In this document: in pieces, positions 1 through 12,795 of the stretch
Layout of the letters: every line of letters begins with the position of its first letter
How positions within the stretch are numbered: position 1 is the first letter of the stretch
Assembly (NCBI GenBank): GCA_951406725.2
Contig: OX597827.1
Location: forward strand, 56,668,001-56,732,000
DNA length: 64,000 nucleotides
Source of the DNA: Octopus vulgaris
Taxonomy: Eukaryota
Direction of reading: 5' to 3'
Made by a program: the position numbers and the translations under genes
Notes under the pieces: generated by a model
Databases searched by the model: none
Seen by the model: only the letters and a program-made list of their open reading frames with translations
Told to the model about the DNA's origin: nothing

Positions 1-531
1 GTCAGCCCTGATTTTCTGTGACCATCCCATCTTTTTCTACATCAGGGATCATATTATCTAATCAGTCCCTCTCTTTTCAAGATAGATATGATTTGAGAGA
101 GATTTTGTTGCTATTTCTAGTAAGTCAAGCAGCCATATAAATGCGCCTATGTTGGCTTCTAAAATTTCTAGTTCTAGATACAGCAAACATTCTTCAGAGA
201 TTGTTTCATATATTGAACATATGACTGTGCAGCCAAGAATTTAACTTTACAACCATGTGATTCTGGGTTTGATCCAAGCTTGAAGTATCTTTAGCACATA
301 TCTTCTATTATAGCCTTCAGCTAAACAATATGTTGGTTTCAAATTTTGGTACAAGGCTATCAGTTTTGAGGGAGGGGCTGAGTTGCAAAAGTTGATCCAA
401 GTCCTCAGCTGGTACTTATTTTATCAACCACGAAAAGATGAAAGGCAAAGTTGGAGGAAACACTGCTAAGCATTTCACCTGGTGTGCTAATGATTCTGTT
501 AACTCACTGTCTCTGGGTTAATCAATATACC

Positions 532-754
532 TATTTCTTTACTGCCCACAAGGGGCTAAACACAGAGGGAACAAACAAGGACAGACAAACGGATTAAGTC
601 GATTACATCGACCCCAGTGCATAACTGGTACTTATTTAATCGACCCTGAAAGGATGAAAGGCAAAGTCAACCTTGGCAGAATTTGTACTCAGAACATAGC
701 GGCAGCCGAAATACTGCTAAGCATTTCGCCCAGCATGCTAATGATTCTGCCAGC
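532..754 (-). mobile_element. SINE family B (Nin/Deu-domain-like tRNA SINE)
   Basis: Minus strand carries GCCTTTCATCCTTTCAGGGTCGATTAAATAAGTACCAG. 13-bp TSD TAATCAATATACC at 519-531 and 755-767. Many other copies in the window (e.g. ~340-510, 1445-1670, 4285-4470, 12145-12370, 51000-51340). Confidence 0.85.
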
Positions 755-949
755 TAATCAATATACCGCAAATGGAATTTGGTAGAGGGGAAACTGTGTA
801 AAAGTCCATTGAATATGGGTGTATGTGTGTGACTGTATTTATGCTTACACTGGTTTGGAAAACTGGTGTTGTTAATATTGTGACTTTTATGTCCAGAAAC
901 TTAGCATTTAACAGAGAGTTAAAATCGGTGTGCAGAGGGGGTTGTACTT

Positions 950-1310
950 GTACTTGTGGCGACATTCACCCTGGGCAGGAAGAGTCGGCTTCTTCTCATG
1001 GAAGAAGTTTCGTGGGAATATGTGGATTTCACAAGCGGTCCCCAACAATCCCGCATGTGGAGACATTCTGTTTGCCGCAGATTGTCCGCAGACGCAGGGA
1101 CAGAACGACTGAGGAACCGCCGGTTGCCGAAGCAGACACTCCGAGGATTTTCAACGTCTGCCGGGTTGTGGCCCTAATACCACTCGGTGTCAGACCAATC
1201 CACCTTGGGTGGCCCTACCAGGAACCAAAGTTCCCCCGACAGCATGGCTCTGGCACTACCTGTTGCCAGCGTCCCCACCACGGTGAGGAGGGGATGGACT
1301 TTGGGGATGC
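950..1310 (-). mobile_element. Probable RTE/RTE-X non-LTR retrotransposon 5' UTR fragment
   Basis: GC/CpG-rich island containing CCTTGGGTGGCCCTACCAGG...CCCCACCACGGTGAGG, resembling RTE-type 5' UTRs. The overlapping 187-aa ORF has no recognisable domain. Confidence 0.4.
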
Positions 1311-2371
1311 TAGGGGGTTGGCAGATAAATTGCTTGACCAATGGAACACCTCCCTTCCATATGCAGTAAAAGAGCAGATATTCTGATTTAGGAAAACAAG
1401 AATTGGGAAAAGCTCAACAACCAGGAGGTAGTATATAATGGTGGTAAAGCAGCAAGCTGTCAGAACCCTTATCGTACTGGGCAAAATGCTAAGCAGCATT
1501 TATCTGTCTTTATGTTTTGAGTTCAAATTCTGTTGAGGTTGACTTTGCTTTTGATCTTTTCGGGGTCAATAAAATAAGTACCAGTTGAACAATGGGGTCG
1601 ATGTAACAGACTTAACACCCCACCCACTCCCCTGAAATTGCTGGCTTTGTGCCAAAAATTGAAACCAATATATATAATGGTGGTGATGCATTTGATTTCT
1701 TTGACAAACACTTGATGGTTATAACTTCCTCTTAACCAATTTCTGAGTGAAATTAGTCTACTCATAACCTTGTCTCAGTTCCCTATCCAGAGCACAAGCA
1801 GCTTAACTTGTTCATCAGTTCAGCAGGCTATGATACTGGCCAGTGACATATACTTGCATCTCCAGATACTGAACTGAAAACTCATGCATTTGTCTAGGTT
1901 AATTACTGTTCCCATCATTGCCGCATATTGTCAAGAAGGTGCTGACCATCGCTGATATCTGACACAGTTATGGTGACATTGTTATCATATGCTGACAGTG
2001 TTCTCTTATGTTCCAGTCCTAGTGGGGTGCATTTAAAAACCTTTAGTTTCTACCCCACTACACCAAAAAACAAAACACGAAAGAGGACATGCTTGTGATT
2101 TAAAATGATTCTGATAGGTGGCCATATAATCTGTCCACTGAGCAGGTGTTCTATAAACTGAAGTGAACCAGATTCTCAAAATGGAACCAAGACAGGCTGC
2201 ACTGAGTAGAGACATTAAATAGTGATGCTTGGACCTCATCAGAATTGATCAGAGGCCCATTGAAGCCATGGTTGTTACCCAACTCTCTATGGCATATTGC
2301 AGGAGGTCATAGATAGATCAAAGATCATATAACTCTGCACTTTTTCAACCACAAGTACCAGCCTGTTTATC

Positions 2372-2580
2372 GGCCGTTCAAGAATTTGGACCTGGAGATC
2401 TCCATTTCCAGCGACTTCGAGGGCCACCTCCCAGTGGTGTCGGGCATCAACAAAGAGCCCTCAACTACAACAAGATGACCAAAGTTTTTTTTTTTCCACG
2501 GTCTGGGGGTCTCCCGCCCCTAAGCCCTAGACCATTACCTAATCACCCTTAACCGTCTTGTTTCTTAACAACAACAACAA
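2372..2580 (+). mobile_element. 5'-truncated non-LTR retroposon with (CAA)n tail
   Basis: Exact 13-bp TSD CAGCCTGTTTATC at 2359-2371 and 2581-2593. The insert ends in (ACA)n. Confidence 0.8.
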
Positions 2581-3317
2581 CAGCCTGTTTATCACAAGCT
2601 GCTACACTCACATAAGCCCATTAATTTTCTGATCCATTGTTTGTTCCAAACAGTTAAAGACGGTACTGCTGGAAAGCTGCAGACATCTGCCTGGAATTGT
2701 AGAGTGTATGCTTGTCACAGTCAATCAAAAAGCAAAGCAAATTGTGGATTTGTTGCCATGTCAAGCACATTGAACAGCTTTCATTCTCTTGTGTCTAAGA
2801 GCACACTTTCACTTTGATAAATCAACCTTTAGTGCTTCACATTAAAGAAATAGCCAAAAGCTAGCTCACTGGTTGCTATGCCTTTCCTAATTGTCTCTTC
2901 TAATTTACTCACAAGCAGCCCCTTAAATCTATATATCTCTACTGCTACTTCTTCGCTAAATTTATCAGTTCTCTGTAGTAATCCTCCTTAGAGTGATCCA
3001 CCACTAGTTATTGCTAATAGCTCTCTTAACTGCCATTTAACTAATTCGTTAAGCTGGTCGCAGTAAATTTTATGTGCCTGGAATGATGCATCCAGAGTAA
3101 AATAACCAGATAAATGTCTATAACTTCCGCCTTACTAGGCAGGTGACCTAGCAATATATCCTATCGAGATACAACCCAGATGACTTGATGTGGTTGCTCC
3201 ATGTCCTCACTGCATTTAGGAAATCTAATGAGTACTTGTCAAACAGTTAAAAACTATCTGAGCAGGTTTGCAAAGGCTTTTATACCCAGTCTCTTATTGC
3301 CTAACCCTACACAAACA

Positions 3318-4833
3318 GGAACTTTTTGATTTTATCATAGCCAGTACTTGACAACTACTTATATTTTACTGACCCTAGAAGGATAAAAGGCAGAGATGAT
3401 AATAATAATAACAAGAGCACTCAGAGAGTGCAAACCTATGCCAAGGCAACACCAACGTCCTCTCAAAGCTTCCATCTAAAATGCTTTTCCAGTCTCCTAC
3501 CAGGCTAAACAGTGAGGAATTTTCCAAAACTTCTTCTCGACCCTTAAAGAAATACTAGCTGGTCTGCCTTTGTTGGAAGATAGAAGGTCATTAGTCTGAA
3601 TATGCTATCTTATAGCTGTTCATGTCCAGTATCAAACTTACCATCTGGGGACTAGAAGGTCATTTGTAGTTTGAAATGCAAAATCTTTCTGAAACTACAC
3701 TACCACCTTGCCATCCAATCCAGGGTGGGTAAGTGGTGCATATATCACATAGTAGTCAAAAATGAACACGAGTTCTAGAAAGTTTGGTCTCACTAATGGC
3801 TACCACACCAATGTCTAGTCACATGAGATCATTGAGCAAGTGACCTATTTTTGTTTGAGTTAGTGTGGTTTCTACACCAGGTCATGTATATTTTATACAT
3901 CTCACTTTGGGTACAGCCATGTTGGTTAAAGAAAAATGTAAGCAAGGGGCCACTTTGGTCTTGGAGAAGGATAAGCAATCTAGTCTTCCCAGTGAAGAAG
4001 AATTCTTTGAGAAACTTTTTTCTCAGCACTATTTTGGAACTTTCCTAGGTTATATGAGATTCCCCCACTGCCCCTTAGCATCATGTGGACATCTGACAAT
4101 GTCTTCAACATTAGTCTACATCCCACCCAGCCTTTATTTGTATGTTGAACTTTGTATCTCATTCAGGCCTATTTCCCTACAATAATTCGCTAAGCAATAC
4201 ACCAATACACATTTCGACCCTTATCAGATGAGTAGTCATGATGGGTATACTGGGGTTTGTATATTTGTATCTCAGTGGCACAAAGCCTGAAATTTTGTGG
4301 GAAGGAGCTAGCTGATTACATCAAACCCAGTGTTCAACTGGTACCTACTTCAACCCTGAACAGATGAAATGCAAAGTTGACCTTGGCAGAATTTGAACTT
4401 AGAATGTAAAGACAGACGAAATGCCACTAAGCATTTTGTCTGGCATGCTAACAATTTTGCCAGCTTGCCATTTTAATAACAATGATAATAATGGCTTTAT
4501 TTTTAATAAAAAATATTTCTCTCTCTCTTTCTTGTTGGACAGATGTATTTAGAGTTGGATGCCTTTTTTATTTTAAACCTTTTCACTATGAAGTAGGAGA
4601 GGAACTTCTATTTCACTGAAGCATAATTTCTAACAGAGGCAGAGACTCCAAGGCAACACAAGAGTTCAGGAGGAAATTTTTGATTTTATCATAGCCAGTA
4701 CTTAACTACTTATATTTTACTGACCATAGAAGGATAAAAGACAGAGATGATGATAATAATTAATAATAATAACAAGAGCACTCAGAGAGAGAGAGAGAAA
4801 ACCTATGCCAAGGCAACACCAACGTCCTCTCAA
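3318..4833 (+). repeat. Local ~150-bp direct duplication (3318-3466 and 4672-4833)
   Basis: Both copies read GGAA(C/A)TTTTTGATTTTATCATAGCCAGTACTT...AACAAGAGCACTCAGAGAG...ACCTATGCCAAGGCAACACCAACGTCCTCTCAA. Confidence 0.85.
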
Positions 4834-5084
4834 CAATTAGCCGGAGATGATTTTTAAAATGAGAATATCTGAAATAAACTCGACTGCTCTCATGAAAGAG
4901 AATACTAAAAGTGAACCTGACCTCTCTCAAAAATTAAGTAAAAGAAAACAGAAAAATAATCCAGAATCCTTGTCTGATACCTGATCGATCCCAATGGTAG
5001 TCATGGAATGTGAAGGTGGGTGTGCAGGCTATGTTTGTAATGCTGTGTGTGTGTGTGTGTTGTCTGCAGTGGGAACAAGAACAG

Positions 5085-5225
5085 TTTTCTCAATGAAAGC
5101 CATTTTTTTTAGTCTATCCACTGATATATTGTCTTTATGACCATTAAGGTTTACAGTGAAAAATTTATCTGTGCATGAAAGAAAACAGAAAGGACCTGCA
5201 TATGATGCTTTCATGGTGGGATGAT
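5085..5225 (-). mobile_element. Gypsy LTR-retrotransposon integrase C-terminal fragment
   Basis: Translation KASYAGPFCFLSCTDKFFTVNLNGHKDNISVDRLK matches the GPY/F...VSIDRLKP motif at the end of Gypsy pol. Confidence 0.7.
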
Positions 5226-5462
5226 TTAGTGTCTATTTTCAGCATATAGACTAGAATGTTTTCTAAGTTCTTAATCATAATTATATATATGATTTCACCT
5301 TAATAGGTCTATTTTTTATATACTGGCCACTGATAAAATATTAAAAAAAAATTATCGTTATATATGTATGTATGTATGCATATATATTTATATATTATTC
5401 ATATTATTATATGACTGAACACCACGCATCCATTTCCAAGTAAGTTTTATCTCTCTGTCTTT

Positions 5463-5509
<47 letters not shown>

Positions 5510-5608
5510 TAATCCAAACATGAAAACACAAAGTGAAAACACAGCAACGCGATGACGTGGAACAAATATAGTATTATTGGATGCTCAGGAAGGAAGGGAA
5601 GAAGGAGG

Positions 5609-5643
5609 GTTTAACGTTTCGAGCAGAGCTCTTCGTCAGAAAC
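5609..5643 (-). ncRNA. Minimal type I hammerhead ribozyme motif in a Penelope-like repeat (~5505-5680)
   Basis: Minus strand: GUUU CUGACGA A GAGC-UCU-GCUC GAA ACGU U AAAC. Stem I GUUU/AAAC, stem II GAGC/GCUC, palindromic stem III ACGU, GUU cleavage triplet. Confidence 0.7.
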
Positions 5644-5693
5644 ATAGGAAAAGGAAAGATCCAGAGAAGGGAAGACGATATAATATATATATA

Positions 5694-5821
5694 TCAGGCC
5701 GAAGAACGAAATGTTCCCAAGATAAGAGTCTTTCTAATCTAATGTTGTGGTTGAGCTGTTTTGTTTATTATTTATTATTAGTATTAGTATTGTCCCTTTG
5801 ATCCCCTGGTCGACAGTTTGC

Positions 5822-5852
<31 letters not shown>

Positions 5853-6390
5853 TTTCAGCTTCGCCTCGTATTGCATATTATTTCTCCATACAGGGGTTTT
5901 TTTTTTCAATGGCGGCCCATTTTTGCGGGGTTCCACTGTTCCCTTCTTTCTCTCTCTCTCTTACGTTGTCTGCCATTCCCCCCATCCATTGCTAAGAGCA
6001 TTTTTAAGCCAGCCTGTCAGTTCAACCTTCGCATATTCCCGTGTCAGGCCGAAGAACGAAATGTTCCCAAGATAAGAGTCTTTCTAATCTAATGTTGTGG
6101 TTGAGCTGTTTTGTTTATTATTTATTATTAGTATTAGTATTGTCCCTTTGATACCCTGGTCGACAGTTTGCTTATTATTATTATTATTATTATTACTATT
6201 TTCAGCTTCGCCTCGTATTGCATATTATTTCTCCATACAGGGGTTTTTTTTCAATGGCGGCCCATTTTCGCGGGGTTCCACTGTTCCCTTCTTTCTCTCT
6301 CTCTCTCTTACGTTGTCTGCCATTCCCCCCTTCCATTGCTAAGAGCATTTTTAAGCCAGCCCGTCAGTTCAACCTTCGCATATTCCCGGT
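5694..6390 (+). repeat. Near-perfect 350-bp tandem duplication
   Basis: TCAGGCCGAAGAACGAAATGTTCCC begins at 5694 and again at 6044. The copies differ mainly in microsatellite length and a few substitutions. Confidence 0.95.
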
Positions 6391-6639
6391 GCACCCGCCC
6401 TTGCCCACCCCCACCACCACCAATACCGGATATCTCTATATTTTTGCTCCATCTATACCGGATGTCGCTTCTCCCACAACCATTATAGGTGTCTACTCTT
6501 CGAACCCCCCTCTTCAATACGCTATTTCACCATGCATTACCCCTCTCTTGATATCCTACGTTCTACTTGCCTAGAACCTGTCAACATTTCTCTGAACCAC
6601 CCCTCCCCACTGGTGCTCCCCTATATATTTCTGCCCCCC

Positions 6640-6884
6640 CCACACATAAAAGCACCATCCGAACGTGGCCGATGCCAGACCCCTCTGGCACCTGTGCAGG
6701 TGGCACGTAAAAAACACCCACTACACTCGCGGAGTGGTTGGCGTTAGGAAGGGCATCCAGCTGTAGAAACACTGCCAGACTAGACTGGAGCCTGGGGCAG
6801 TCCCTAGCTCCCCAGACCCCGGTCGAAACCGTCCAACCCGTGCTAGCGCGGAAAACGGACGTTAAACGATGATGATGATGATGA
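6640..6884 (+). mobile_element. SINE-like family D, 3' part with (GAT)n tail
   Basis: GGTTGGCGTTAGGAAGGGCATCCAGC...GGAAAACGGACGTTAAAC(GAT)n. Other copies at ~15263-15530(-), 25090-25145(+), 35390-35476(-), 40037-40180(-), 46833-47150(-), 61215-61360(-), 61540-61790(+), 62895-62956(+). Confidence 0.75.
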
Positions 6885-7060
6885 TATATATGGTCTTCTT
6901 TCGGTTTCTGACTACCAAATCCATTCACAAAGCTTTGGCTACCCTGGGGCTAAAATAGAAGACACTTGCCCAAAGTACCATGCAGTGAGATTGAACATGA
7001 AACTATGTGGTTGGGAAAATAATATATAAATATGTATGCATACATACATATATATGTATA

Positions 7061-7459
7061 CTAGCAGCATAGCCCGGCGTTGCCCGGGTATGTAAGAGCC
7101 CCTAGTAGGCAACGACTAATCCCAATCTAGTTCTTTCCCTTTAGGGAACGATGGCGCATGTGTAGGTTGCAATGTATTCTCTTCACTCGAATACTTCTAT
7201 GTATACGATGTTCCTAGCTGTCTCCCGACAGAAAATGTGTTGCATATAAAAAGCTTAGATTCTCGACCCCATGTCGAATTTATCGATTTTTTCAGAACTG
7301 GGGAAACTTTTCAAAATTTTCGCTGCGTTAGTTTTGAATTATGACATTGGGCTATGTGTGTGTCAAGTTTCATCAGAATCGGTTGAAAGCCGTGGTCAGT
7401 GTGAAGGTACAACCTGACAGCCACACAGACAGACAAACTGCCGTTTATATATATAGAGA
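7061..7459 (-). mobile_element. Non-autonomous Helitron
   Basis: Minus strand starts TC at 7459 after an A. It ends with the GC hairpin CCCGGGCAACGCCGGG, then CTAG (7064-7061) followed by T. No TSD. Confidence 0.8.
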
Positions 7460-7794
7460 TACACATGCATATATGGGCATAGGACACCACAGAACGTAAA
7501 CAACATGAAATATGAACTATTTTTTGCGAACAACAAAAGAAACAAATGGAAAACAAGACAAACACATAAAAAAAAAACCACCCTTCATCAGTTGTCAGCT
7601 CTTTTTCTACTTCATATTTTGAGCAATTAACGACAAGATACGTTTTCAACAAAACAGTTGCTGCCGCAAAGCAAATTAAATAAAATTTGGGATTTTGCGG
7701 AGTGTCAAAGTTGGTAACGAAAACAGGGCAGTGAAAACAAACTGGAAGGGCTGCTAAGCCTGAATGAGTTGAGATGGTGAATGCAGAGGAACAA

Positions 7795-8082
7795 TCTATA
7801 TATATATTCACACACATGTACATGCATATATATATATATATTCACACACACATATACATGCATATATATATATATTCACACACACATATACATGCATATA
7901 TATATATATATATATTCACACACACATATACATGCATATATATATATTCACACACACATATACATGCATATATATATATTCACACACACATATATATTCA
8001 CATGCACATGCATATATATACACACATACATACATACATATACACACACACACTCTCTCTCTCTCTCACACACACACACACA
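7795..8082. repeat. Compound (TA)/(CA) microsatellite with ~30-bp higher-order unit
   Basis: Repeated TATATATTCACACACACATATACATGCA units. Confidence 0.9.
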
Positions 8083-8320
8083 TGCATTTCTTCATTCTTT
8101 AAATACTAACACTAAAAAAAATAATTAAAAAATAAAAATACAAAATAACCTAAATAGAATTAAAATAACCAAATATTCAAGATTGTCTCCTTGTTTTGAA
8201 AGAAGAAATATAATAAAGCATTTTTAACAGACGGGTAATAAGTAACTAAACAGCAAACGAAAATGTTGATAAATATTTTAAAATATATTAATTATTGCAT
8301 TCTCCAGTCCAATACTTTTT

Positions 8321-8718
8321 ATTATTATTATTATTACTATTATTATTATTATTATTATTATTAATATTATTATTAATATTTATTATTATTATTATTATTA
8401 TTACTATTATTATTATTACTATTATTATTATTACTATTATTATTATTATTACTATTATTATTATTACTATTATTATTATTACTATTACTATTATTATTAC
8501 TATTACTATTATTATTACTATTACTATTATTACTATTATTATTATTATTACTATTATTATTATTACTATTATTATTATTATTATTACTATTATTATTATT
8601 ATTATTATTATTACTATTATTATTATTACTATTATTATTACTATTATTATTATTACTATTATTATTATTATTATTACTACTATTATTATTATTACTATTA
8701 TTATTATTATTATTATTA
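8321..8718. repeat. ~400-bp (ATT)n microsatellite interrupted by ACT
   Basis: Read directly. It produces the poly-Ile and poly-Asn pseudo-ORFs in the track. Confidence 0.95.
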
Positions 8719-8879
8719 CTTGTAGAGGAAACAATAAGGAAATGGAAAGCAATGTCATTTCGTGTTGCTTTTGTTTGATAAAAAGAAATATTCTTGGAAA
8801 TATTAAACTCATTGTTTTGTTTTGTTGTTGTCTTCATTGGTTTCTTACTTCCAGTTTTCAGGTGACTCAGAATTAACAC

Positions 8880-8997
8880 ATAACACACTCACACAAACAC
8901 TCATGCATATATGAGTGTGTGTGTATATATATACACACATACATACATACATACATAAACACACGCTCATACGAACATAAATTCACATTCATATATA

Positions 8998-9040
<43 letters not shown>

Positions 9041-9500
9041 TCATACAAACATGCATTCACATTCATACATACACTCAAATGAACATAAATTCACATTCAT
9101 ACATACACTCATACAAACATACATACACATTCATACATACACTCATATATGTATGCATATATATATATATATACACACTCATACAAACATACATTCACAT
9201 TCATACATACACTCATATATATATATATATATGTGTGTGTGTATATACACACACACAAACATACATTCGCATTCATACATACACTCATATATATATACAC
9301 ACACACACACATCAACACAGGAATTCGTACAAACATACATACACTCATTATCATACATACATACATACATACATGTATAAACACACACAGGTACATACTG
9401 CACACACACACACACATAAAAACATACATACCTTCATACTGCACAAACTCACATACACACAGACATACACACACAAGTAAACACATTCTCACACACACAT
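8880..9500. repeat. Degenerate (CA)/(CATA) low-complexity array
   Basis: Read directly; recurrent CATTCATACATACACTCAT units. Confidence 0.9.
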
Positions 9501-10254
9501 GCAGACAGTGTCAATCTCATTCAACTGTAAGAGCAATTCCTGGACGCAACAACAAAAACATTATCAACAATGGCCAGTGTATTGACAAGCAATTTAGTTG
9601 TCTCATTAACGAGACTGTCAACTCATCAGCTCTACTAAATACTTCCTAAAAATGCCCACATTCACCATTTATCAGCACTAACAGTAACAGTAGTAATGTC
9701 AAAAGTAAGAAAGAAAAGCAAAATAGCAATTCCTCCAAGACACATTAATGTTCTTAGAAATGGTGTCATATTCTTACACACACAAACATATATTTACATA
9801 TATATACACATACATCACTTATTTACACATCCTGTCCAAACAGTGTTTACTTTTTCTATTGTAGTCAGTTGTTGTTGTTGTTGTTTAGCCCCAGGTAAGG
9901 CTTGATCCAGCAGACCTATAATCAAAAATGTCCCAGTCTTGATTATCTTTTATTATTACTATTATTATTATTACACACCTATTATTACATAATCTAATGT
10001 GTCCCTCTCTGTTTCTAAGATGGTAGAATATGATTTAACAAAAAGAGAAAAAAATAAAAAAATATCTTGGCTGCTATTTCTAGCAGGTTGAGCAATGGCA
10101 CAGATGCTCTATTATTTTAAACAGGTCAGTTAAACAAGTTAAGATGTGTGCCACAGAATGATAGTAATGTCTCACATTACAGAGCCTGAGATAAGGTTTC
10201 ACCTCCTACACAAGACTGCTTTGTTCATTAGTGAAGACACTAAAATCTAATATC

Positions 10255-10910
10255 TTTTATCTTTTACTTGTTTCAGTCATTAGATAGCAGCCATGCTGAG
10301 GCACCACCTTGAAGAATTTTGACTTATTTTATCAGTCCCTTTTGCCAAGCTGCTAGGTTATGGGGATGTAAACGCACCGACACTAGTTGTCAAGTGGTGA
10401 AGGTGAAGCATAGATATGAAGACACACTCACACACCCTGTATGTATGTATAGTTCAAATTTACAGAAAGCATAAGGTGAAGACAGGTGAGAGAATAACAA
10501 GCAGGTGTATTAGTTTGACAATGCTTAAGAAGAATGGCAAAGTCTTTGATGTTTTGAGCCTATGCTCTTTGACAGAAAGGGTTGAGAGGGAAAAACGGAC
10601 AGAGAAAAAATTTGTAGGGATTAACAGTTCAACATGATAAAAAAAAATGCATGTGTGTGTGTGTATATATATACACAATACACACACACATATATATATA
10701 TATACACACACACATACAATATATACAATATATTTTTTTATTATCCGACAAGCATCTTTAAGTTTCTGTTTACCAAATCCACTCACAAGAATTTAGTCAG
10801 CCTGAGGTTATGGAAGACAGTTACTCAAGGTAAAAATGCAGTGGGACTGAACTCGGAACCGTGTAGTTGGGAAGCAAGTTTCTTACCACACAGCCATGCA
10901 TGCGCCTACA
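10255..10910 (-). mobile_element. SINE family A with a Penelope-like fragment (~10455-10640) inserted in its internal microsatellite
   Basis: Family A tail and head flank an unrelated segment that contains a degenerate hammerhead (10544-10579). Confidence 0.7.
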
Positions 10911-11204
10911 ATTTATATACTACTAAAACTTCGTGATTGCTTTCTTGCTTGCATGCGTGCTTGTCTGTAATTTAATACACCCACATTGATGCTTAATGGG
11001 AAAATACTCTGAAAGTAAGGTACCCCTGAAATGCGAAAACAAGTGGAATAAAACAAGTTTCACGTAAATCGGACCACAGATTTCCAAGAAACGTGGTTTT
11101 TTGGGGGTACCTTCATAGATACCCAAAATGGCACAAAATGGGAAAATACTCCAAAAGTAACATAATCCTGAAAGAGAAGAAACTCTAATCTTTTGATTAG
11201 TGAG

Positions 11205-11510
11205 AGACATTATGATCAATGTCTTCTCTACTTTGAAGAGAAACTTAATGACTTGGGAAAAGTCATACTGACTTTAACTTGCTAACGCCAAATAATATTG
11301 TCACTAATCAAGATATTGGCAATTTGGAGTTACTGCATGAGTTGCAATGCAGCAGAAAAGAGCAGCGACGATTTGTAGAAGAGAGGGACCCTCTATTAAA
11401 TAGTGAGCAAAAAGATGTTTATGACCTTGCAACAGTTTAGCGAGGAACAAATCTGCATTGATTTTCATGAACGCTCCAGGTGGAACAGGAAAGACGTTCC
11501 TGATAAATAA
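11205..11510 (+). mobile_element. Helitron Rep/helicase (PIF1-like) pseudogene fragment
   Basis: LLNSEQKDVYD from 11393, then after a frameshift IFMNAPGGTGKTFLIN (11461-11508): the Walker A motif I of Helitron PIF1-type helicases. Confidence 0.85.
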
Positions 11511-11779
11511 TCAATAAAAGCTTAAACATGTACTTGTAAACCAGACGTATGATGACACAAACGAATTGAAATATTTCACTGAATCATCATAAAATCAACT
11601 TTCATTTCAATGCAATGACGAAATCAGTTTCAATGTCTTATAACCTGATCTGTCAGTGACCTACCAGATCACATGTAGTCTAGTACATTTATAAAGGTCA
11701 CACGGTTTCATGAAAGGCACAAAAACCATCACTTTTTACACACCTAACTTAAATTTTCTGGCTCCCTGTTTCTGTTTAA

Positions 11780-11986
11780 CCCTTTTGTTGCCATATTTTT
11801 GTTGAGATAATCTGTGATTCTTTCAATTAATTTTAAATATAACACAGAATTTAGTAAAATAACTTAGTGTTAGGAACATAAATTGTGACTAAGTTTTGGT
11901 GGAAAATTTTAATTCAGAACTTTTGAAAACAAGACATTTGTATAATAGAGCCAGAGGCAGTTTCAGGCAGGTTGGTATCAAATGGG
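11780..11986 (+). mobile_element. piggyBac-like MITE family 1
   Basis: TTAA-CCC...GGG-TTAA ends; same internal sequence as 16239-16460 and 41266-41486. Confidence 0.75.
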
Positions 11987-12755
11987 TTAAGAGTCTATCT
12001 TATCCCTAGAAAACCATAATTGAGGTATCATCCAATTTATCGGCTTTAATTTGTATCACAAAACTTTTTAAAAAAAATACAGGCTTTATTGTTGCCATCT
12101 ATCTTTCTGATTTTACCAAACACAGAAATTATTTATCAAAAGCATGAAGGCAGCAAGCTGGCAGAATTGTTAGTATGTTGGGTAAAATGCTTAGTGGCAT
12201 TTCTCCTTGCAAAAAATGTTCTGAGTTCAAGTTTTACCGAGGTTGACTTCGCCTTTCAACCCCTTTTTTTTTTTGGTGGGGGCGATAAAATAAGTACCAG
12301 TTGAGTATTGGGGTTGATGTAATTGACTAGCCAGCTCTCCACAAATTTCAGACCTTGTACCTATATTAGAATTTATATAACCAATAACAATAAAGGGTAA
12401 AACCAATTAATTAATTAATAATTGATAATTTTACCAAGTAGTTCGGTATGCTCTCAAATTTAAAATTTGAAATACTGTATTGATGAGGAGAATGAGTGAG
12501 TAGAAATATGATTTTACATTTTTCACATCTCACTAACTCTGAGACATGTATAGAGTTAATCTGAGCCGGGTAGATTTGTTAGTATTTTCTATTTACCTGC
12601 GTGAGTTGTTGAGTATTGCTGTCTGGGAGATATCTTATAGTAGCAGAATAGTAGTTTTTAACTGCTATTTCTAAATTTTAGTATGTGGTGAAGCAAATTT
12701 TGCTGAACCCTAATTATAATTTTACTCATAATTATAGAATTTTTGTATTAGAATT

Positions 12756-12795
<40 letters not shown>

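Noticed and set aside
823-1386. 187-aa ORF as a host gene
   Set aside because: No domain is recognisable. It spans a GC-rich retroelement-like UTR fragment where stop codons are scarce.
3642-3688. Minus-strand exon candidate with a perfect ATG|GTAAGT donor
   Set aside because: The acceptor is weak and purine-rich, and there is a stop in the phase-1 frame required by the upstream candidate exon.
7774-9649. Long ORFs rich in Ile/Thr/His/Tyr/Asn (up to 193 aa)
   Set aside because: They are translations of (ATT)n and (CA/TA)n microsatellites, open in several frames and on both strands.
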